Positions 7,054 to 11,476 of a DNA stretch of 11,476 nt are shown here, piece after piece; positions within the stretch are counted from its first letter, which is position 1, and every line of letters begins with the position of its first letter. This stretch comes from a virus (taxonomy: Duplodnaviria; Heunggongvirae; Uroviricota; Caudoviricetes). The notes under the pieces are model-generated. The model worked only from the letters and a program-made list of their open reading frames with translations. It did not search any database and was not told the DNA's origin. The stretch is from the IMG/VR virus record IMGVR_UViG_2713897055_000005; one strand, written 5' to 3'. A program made the translations under genes and the position numbers.

Positions 7054-8991
7054 GTGACTCTTAAACGGGCCTGCTCCCTGCTGACGGTGAAATCCTTCAG
7101 TGAGGATGAGCGGGTGATCACCGGGATTGCGTCAACGCCTTCTCCGGATCGGGATGGTGACATCCTGGAGCCGGAGGGCGCGGAGTTTGGCAGTGCGATC
7201 CCGTTTCTCTGGCAGCATGACCATTCCCGCCCGGTGGGGCAGTGTACGGTGCGCCGGGTCAGCGAAGGGCTGGAAATCACGGCAACACTGGCGAAGCCCG
7301 TGCCGGATATGCCATCGCAACTGGCTGCCAGGCTGGATGAGGCCTGGGCGGCCATTAAGACCGGGCTGGTCAGGGGGCTGTCCGTGGGCTTCCGTCCTCA
7401 TGAATACACCTTTCTGGACGGAGGCGGACTGCATTTTCTGCGCTGGGAGCTGATGGAGGTGTCTGCCGTCACCGTGCCCGCGAATGCGGAATGCACCATC
7501 CGGACCATTAAATCTTACGACCGCCAGTTTTCTGCCGCGTCCGGCAACCGGAAACCGGTGGTGAAAATCGCATCTTCTGCCGGCGCTGCGGCACAGTCAA
7601 CAACCGTTTTTCATAAGGAAAAGACCATAATGAATATTGGCGAACAGATTAAAAGTTTTGAAAACAAGCGTGCAGCACTGGCAGCCTCCCTTGAGGAGGT
7701 CATGACCAAAGCCGCAGAGGAAGGGCGCACGCTGGATGTGGAGGAGGAAGAGCATTACGACAACACCGCAGCGGAAATACGTCAGGTGGATGCGCACCTG
7801 AAGCGCCTGCGTGAACTGGAAGCCGGTAAGGCCGCCACGGCGCAGCCGGTGAAACAGGCCGGTAACGGGAATGTGGCCGCGGTGGCTTCTGCGCCGGTGA
7901 TCCGTGTGGAGCAGAAACTGGATAAGGGGATTGGTTTCGCACGTTTTGCCAAATCGCTGGCTGCGGCTAAAGGTGTCCGCTCTGAAGCCCTGGAAGTGGC
8001 CCGTCGTCAGTATCCGGATGACAGTCGTCTGCATCATGTCCTGAAATCGGCAGTGGGCGCGGGGACCACCACGGATCCGCAGTGGGCAGGCAGCCTGTCT
8101 GAATATCAGGAATACGCACAGGACTTTATTGATTACCTGCGTCCTCAGACCATTATCGGGCGATTTGGTCAGGGCGGGATCCCTGCACTTCGTCAGGTGC
8201 CGTTCAATATCCGTGTGCACGCCCAGGTGTCGGGCGGTGCTGCCGGCTGGGTGGGGGAGGGTAAGGCAAAACCCCTGACGAAGTTTGATTTTGAATCCAT
8301 CACCTTCAGTCATGCGAAGGTGTCGGCCATTGCGGTACTGACGGAAGAATTGATCCGTTTTTCCAGTCCGGCTGCTGATGCACTGGTCCGTAATGCGCTG
8401 GCGGAAGCGGTGGTGGCGCGTCTGGATACAGACTTTGTGGACCCGAAAAAAGCGGCGGTGGCAGATGTCTCCCCGGCGTCCATCACCCATGATGTGAAGG
8501 GCACGGCCTCAAGCGGTAACCCGGATGCGGATGCAGAGGCGGCGTTTGGACAGTTTGTTGCAGCAAACCTGCAGCCCACCGGTGCGGTCTGGCTGATGTC
8601 CAGCACCAATGCTCTGGCGCTGTCCATGCGTAAAAATGCGCTGGGTCAGAAAGAATACCCGGACATGACCCTGCTGGGTGGCTCCTTCCAGGGGCTGCCG
8701 GTGATTGTCTCCCAGTACGTGGGTGACCAGCTGGTGCTGGTGAATGCCCCGGATATTTATCTGGCGGATGACGGCGGCGTGGCAGTGGATATGTCCCGCG
8801 AGGCATCACTGGAAATGCAGTCTGAGCCGACCGGCGACAGTACCACGCCGTCGCCGGTGGAGCTGGTTTCCATGTTCCAGACAGGCAGCGTGGCCATCCG
8901 TGCGGAGCGCTGGATCAACTGGCGTCGTCGCCGTACCGCGGCGGTGGCGGTGATTACCGGAGTGAACTATGGCAGTGCGTCCGGCGGCTGA
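7054..8991 (+). CDS. In-frame fusion of HK97-family prohead protease, coiled-coil delta (scaffold) domain and major capsid protein
   Basis: AGGAGG at 7043-7048 then GTG 7054; the track starts at an upstream ATG 6970 that lacks a ribosome-binding site. N-terminal part ITGIASTPSPDRDGDILEPEGAEF...FLWQHD is protease-like. Middle part (MNIGEQIKSFENKRAALAASLEEV...) is helical and delta-like. C-terminal part has the HK97 capsid fold pattern. Internal start ATG 7630 has its own ribosome-binding site AAGGAAAAG. Confidence 0.85.
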   Translation: MTLKRACSLLTVKSFSEDERVITGIASTPSPDRDGDILEPEGAEFGSAIPFLWQHDHSRPVGQCTVRRVSEGLEITATLAKPVPDMPSQLAARLDEAWAAIKTGLVRGLSVGFRPHEYTFLDGGGLHFLRWELMEVSAVTVPANAECTIRTIKSYDRQFSAASGNRKPVVKIASSAGAAAQSTTVFHKEKTIMNIGEQIKSFENKRAALAASLEEVMTKAAEEGRTLDVEEEEHYDNTAAEIRQVDAHLKRLRELEAGKAATAQPVKQAGNGNVAAVASAPVIRVEQKLDKGIGFARFAKSLAAAKGVRSEALEVARRQYPDDSRLHHVLKSAVGAGTTTDPQWAGSLSEYQEYAQDFIDYLRPQTIIGRFGQGGIPALRQVPFNIRVHAQVSGGAAGWVGEGKAKPLTKFDFESITFSHAKVSAIAVLTEELIRFSSPAADALVRNALAEAVVARLDTDFVDPKKAAVADVSPASITHDVKGTASSGNPDADAEAAFGQFVAANLQPTGAVWLMSSTNALALSMRKNALGQKEYPDMTLLGGSFQGLPVIVSQYVGDQLVLVNAPDIYLADDGGVAVDMSREASLEMQSEPTGDSTTPSPVELVSMFQTGSVAIRAERWINWRRRRTAAVAVITGVNYGSASGG

Positions 8992-9035
8992 GTCTGATAA
9001 GGAGGACGGGAGGCGTGTGCCTCCCGTAACAGGTT

Positions 9036-9257
9036 ATGGCAAAGATCCGATATCTGCAGGGCACGCATGATGCCCGGGCCGGGGATATCCGTGATGTGGC
9101 ACAGCCGTGTGCGGAGGTGCTGGTTCGCCTGGGAAAGGCGGAGTACATCACGGTGCGACGTCCGGCAGGTCAGAAAAAGAAACGTGATGCGGAGCATGGC
9201 GAATGTGGAACCTTTTACGGCGAACCCGAAAAAACCAGAAATCAGGACGTGACGTAA
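9036..9257 (+). CDS. Hypothetical small protein (73 aa); doubtful
   Basis: ORF between capsid and portal genes with a weak ribosome-binding site; overlaps the predicted portal start by 55 nt in another frame. No motif recognised. Confidence 0.25.
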   Translation: MAKIRYLQGTHDARAGDIRDVAQPCAEVLVRLGKAEYITVRRPAGQKKKRDAEHGECGTFYGEPEKTRNQDVT

Positions 9258-10567
9258 GAGAGGCGGGCTGGACCAGCCTGTTTCAGGCGGTGGCTGAGCC
9301 CTTTTCCGGCGCCTGGCAGCAGGGCGTGAAAGCCGATCCTGAAGCCGTCCTCTCCTTTCATGCGGTGTTTGCATGTATTTCGCTGATATCCCAGGATATC
9401 GCCAAAATGCGGCTGCGTCTTATGCAGACGGATGCGCAGGGGATACGCAGGGAAACGCGCCGGGGGGATATTGCCCGCCTCTGTCGTCGTCCCAACGCCC
9501 AGCAGAACCGCATTCAGTTTTTTGAACTGTGGCTGAACGCCAAACTGCGTCACGGCAATACGGTGGTGCTGAAAATCCGTAATGCCCGGGGGCAGATCAA
9601 AGAACTGCGTATTCTGGACTGGAACCGGGTTGAACCTCTGGTGGCGGATGACGGCGAGGTGTTCTACCGCATCACGCCGGACCGGAACTGCGGGATCACT
9701 GAGGCGGTGACGGTGCCTGCCCGGGAAGTGATCCACGACCGGTTTAACTGTTTTTTTCATCCGCTTATAGGGTTGCCGCCGGTGTATGCCGCCGGGCTGG
9801 CGGCCACGCAGGGGCATCATATTCAGGAAAATTCGACGTCTTTTTTCAGAAATGGCGGCAGGCCGTCCGGGGTGATTGAGATCCCCGGCAGTATTACGGA
9901 AGAAAATGCGAAAAAACTGAAGAGCAACTGGGACAGCGGGTATACAGGCGAAAATGCGGGGAAAACGGCCATTCTGAGCAACGGGGCAAAATACAACCCC
10001 ACGACGTTTTCACCGGTGGATTCGCAGACGGTGGAACAACTGAAGATGACCGCTGAAATTGTCTGTTCGGTGTTCCGTGTCCCGGCCTACAAGATTGGCG
10101 TGGGACAACCGCCTTCCAGTGACAACGTGGAGGCGCTGGAGCAGCAGTATTATTCCCAGTGCCTGCAGACGCTGATTGAGTCCATTGAACTGTTACTGGA
10201 TGAGGCGCTGGAAACGGGGGAAAACGAGAGTACGGAATTTGATGTCACCACGCTGCTGAGAATGGACAGTGAGCGGCGCATGAAAACGCTGGGGGATGCG
10301 GTGAAAAATACGCTTCTCACGCCCAATGAGGCCCGTAAACGGGAGAACCTGCCGCCCCTGGCCGGCGGTGATGCACTGTATCTTCAGCAGCAGAACTACA
10401 GTCTGGAAGCGTTGTCCCGCCGTGATGCCCGTGAAGATCCGTTCGCGTCGTCCGGTAAAACAGCTTCCGTGCCTCAGGCGGTCGCTGCCTCTGACGGTAA
10501 TAAGGCAATCACTGAAACAGAGCATGATGCGGTGAAGGCGATGTTCAGGGGGATTCTGAAAAAATGA
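9203..10567 (+). CDS. Portal protein (HK97-family-like)
   Basis: 454 aa. The conserved N-proximal region FHAVFACISLISQDIAKMRLRLMQ and overall size are typical of portals. GGAG ribosome-binding site before ATG 9203. Confidence 0.85.
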   Translation: MWNLLRRTRKNQKSGRDVREAGWTSLFQAVAEPFSGAWQQGVKADPEAVLSFHAVFACISLISQDIAKMRLRLMQTDAQGIRRETRRGDIARLCRRPNAQQNRIQFFELWLNAKLRHGNTVVLKIRNARGQIKELRILDWNRVEPLVADDGEVFYRITPDRNCGITEAVTVPAREVIHDRFNCFFHPLIGLPPVYAAGLAATQGHHIQENSTSFFRNGGRPSGVIEIPGSITEENAKKLKSNWDSGYTGENAGKTAILSNGAKYNPTTFSPVDSQTVEQLKMTAEIVCSVFRVPAYKIGVGQPPSSDNVEALEQQYYSQCLQTLIESIELLLDEALETGENESTEFDVTTLLRMDSERRMKTLGDAVKNTLLTPNEARKRENLPPLAGGDALYLQQQNYSLEALSRRDAREDPFASSGKTASVPQAVAASDGNKAITETEHDAVKAMFRGILKK

Positions 10568-11273
10568 ATGAACGTGAACTGTCCATTATCCGTGCGCTGG
10601 GTGAAGAATTTTCCGCAGTGCTGGCGGATTTACAGCGCACATTTGAGGGGAAAATAGCCGCGCAGGCACAAACGTTTGAAGAAAAACTGGCTTCCCTGTC
10701 TGTGGTATTACAGAAGTGCGTGACGGGCGATGATGTGCGTCCGATGCTTGAGCAGATGGTGAAGGAGGCGGTAAGCCATATCCCTGTTCCGCGTGACGGT
10801 CGTGACTACGATCCGGAAGTACTGCAGAAGGCGGTGAATGACGCGGTCGCAAATATTCCACAGCCAGCGGACGGTAAAAGTCTCACCCCGGATGATGTGC
10901 GTCCGATGCTTGAACAGATGGTGAAGGAGGCGGTAAGCCATATCCCTGTTCCGCGAGATGGTCGTGACTATGATCCCGATGTTCTGCAGAAGGCGGTGAA
11001 TGATGCGGTCGCAAATATTCCTGTACCGGCGAACGGTAAAAGTATCACTCCCGATGATGTGCGTCCGATGCTTGAGCAGATGGTGAAGGAGGCGGTAAGC
11101 CATATTCCTGTTCCGCGCGACGGTCGTGACTATGATCCAGATGTTCTGCAGAAGGCGGTGAATGATGCGGTCGCAAATATTCCGCAGCCGGCAGACGGTA
11201 AAAGTATCACCCCGGATGATGTGCGTCCGATGCTTGAACAGATGGTGAAGGAGGCGGTAAGCCATATTCCTGT
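10564..11273 (+). CDS. Protein built from tandem 54-aa helical repeats; 3' end lost in the N patch; absent from the ORF track
   Basis: ATG 10564 overlaps the portal stop (ATGA). 55-aa unique N-terminus, then repeats of DDVRPMLEQMVKEAVSHIPVPRDGRDYDP(D/E)VLQKAVNDAVANIP(Q/V)PA(D/N)GKS(I/L)TP. Copies differ mostly at synonymous positions (CGT/CGA/CGC for Arg), which supports a coding role. Function unknown. Confidence 0.6.
10729..11273 (+). repeat. 162-bp tandem repeat, 3 full copies plus a partial fourth, truncated by Ns
   Basis: Units begin at 10729, 10891, 11053 and 11215 (period exactly 162 bp), with about 90 percent or higher identity between copies, in frame with the CDS above. Confidence 0.85.
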
Positions 11274-11293
11274 NNNNCNTGATGNNCGTNNCN
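11274..11293. other. Ambiguous-base patch marking a probable contig join or assembly artefact
   Basis: Ns at 11274-11277, 11279, 11285-11286, 11290-11291 and 11293. Within 11285-11293 the Ns fall exactly where the repeat unit and the dnaA sequence differ, while shared bases (CGT, C, A) are called. Confidence 0.8.
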
Positions 11294-11442
11294 AATCGAG
11301 GACAAAACGGTTTGGCGCGTACAGGGCCAGCGTGTTATCGCTCAGTTCCGCCTGCAATGGGCGTATCCACATACTGAATTCTGTGGCTGGTAACTCATCC
11401 TGCAATCGGGCAAGACACTGCTGCCAAAGCGAAAGTGACACG
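11294..11442 (-). CDS. dnaA: dnaA 5' fragment (first ~50 codons, GTG start), truncated at the N patch
   Basis: Minus-strand translation [48 protein letters not shown] matches the E. coli DnaA N-terminus as I recall it. The displayed bases carry one extra C near 11400 relative to the frame the ORF track implies, so coordinates here are +/-1. Confidence 0.85.
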
Positions 11443-11476
11443 GCGGACTCCACTCGAACAAAAGTCGATAATGACT

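Noticed and set aside
7597-8490. 297-aa minus-strand ORF, plus several other long antisense ORFs (5181..5567, 6255..6620, 6502..6810, 8310..8809, 9242..9820)
   Set aside because: All lie antisense to well-supported GC-rich structural genes (terminase, capsid, portal); their translations are Arg/His/Pro/Cys-rich and low-complexity, typical of spurious open frames in GC-rich coding DNA.
10708-11265. 185-aa minus-strand ORF with internal repeats (MAYRLLHHL...)
   Set aside because: It is the antisense reading of the 162-bp tandem repeat. The plus frame has the start coupled to the portal stop and synonymous-site variation; the minus-frame product is His/Arg-rich and implausible.
10729-11273. Possible CRISPR array, because of regularly spaced repeats
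   Set aside because: The units are contiguous 162-bp near-identical copies with no unique spacers, lie in frame inside a coding sequence, and are far longer than CRISPR repeats.

Overview
This window is the late region of a cos-type lambdoid prophage from an Escherichia-like host, read left to right on the + strand, ending in an ambiguous-base patch and a piece of dnaA. It opens with the 3' end of an unidentified late gene, then a lysis cassette: an S21-like pinholin, a SAR-type T4-lysozyme-like endolysin, and Rz with Rz1 embedded in its +1 frame. The cassette is interrupted by three extra small genes. Next come a TonB-C-like lipoprotein, a divergent ribbon-helix-helix (RHH) gene, an HNH endonuclease, an intergenic region with repeated ATGTTAAC motifs (probable cos/terminase recognition region), terminase small and large subunits, an in-frame prohead protease-scaffold-major capsid fusion, a portal gene, and a gene built from 162-bp tandem coding repeats. 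The repeat gene runs into Ns at 11274-11293, beyond which the minus strand encodes the first ~50 codons of dnaA, so the right end is almost certainly an assembly join. The displayed bases also carry one C more near 11400 than the frame the ORF track implies. All protein identifications are from reading motifs by eye and from memory of family signatures; no database search was run. No integrase, tRNA, CRISPR array or IS element was seen. The best candidates for something undescribed are the accessory genes: the TonB-C-like lipoprotein, the two coupled membrane peptides inside the lysis cassette, the gene between holin and endolysin, the acidic protein upstream of the holin, and the repeat protein.
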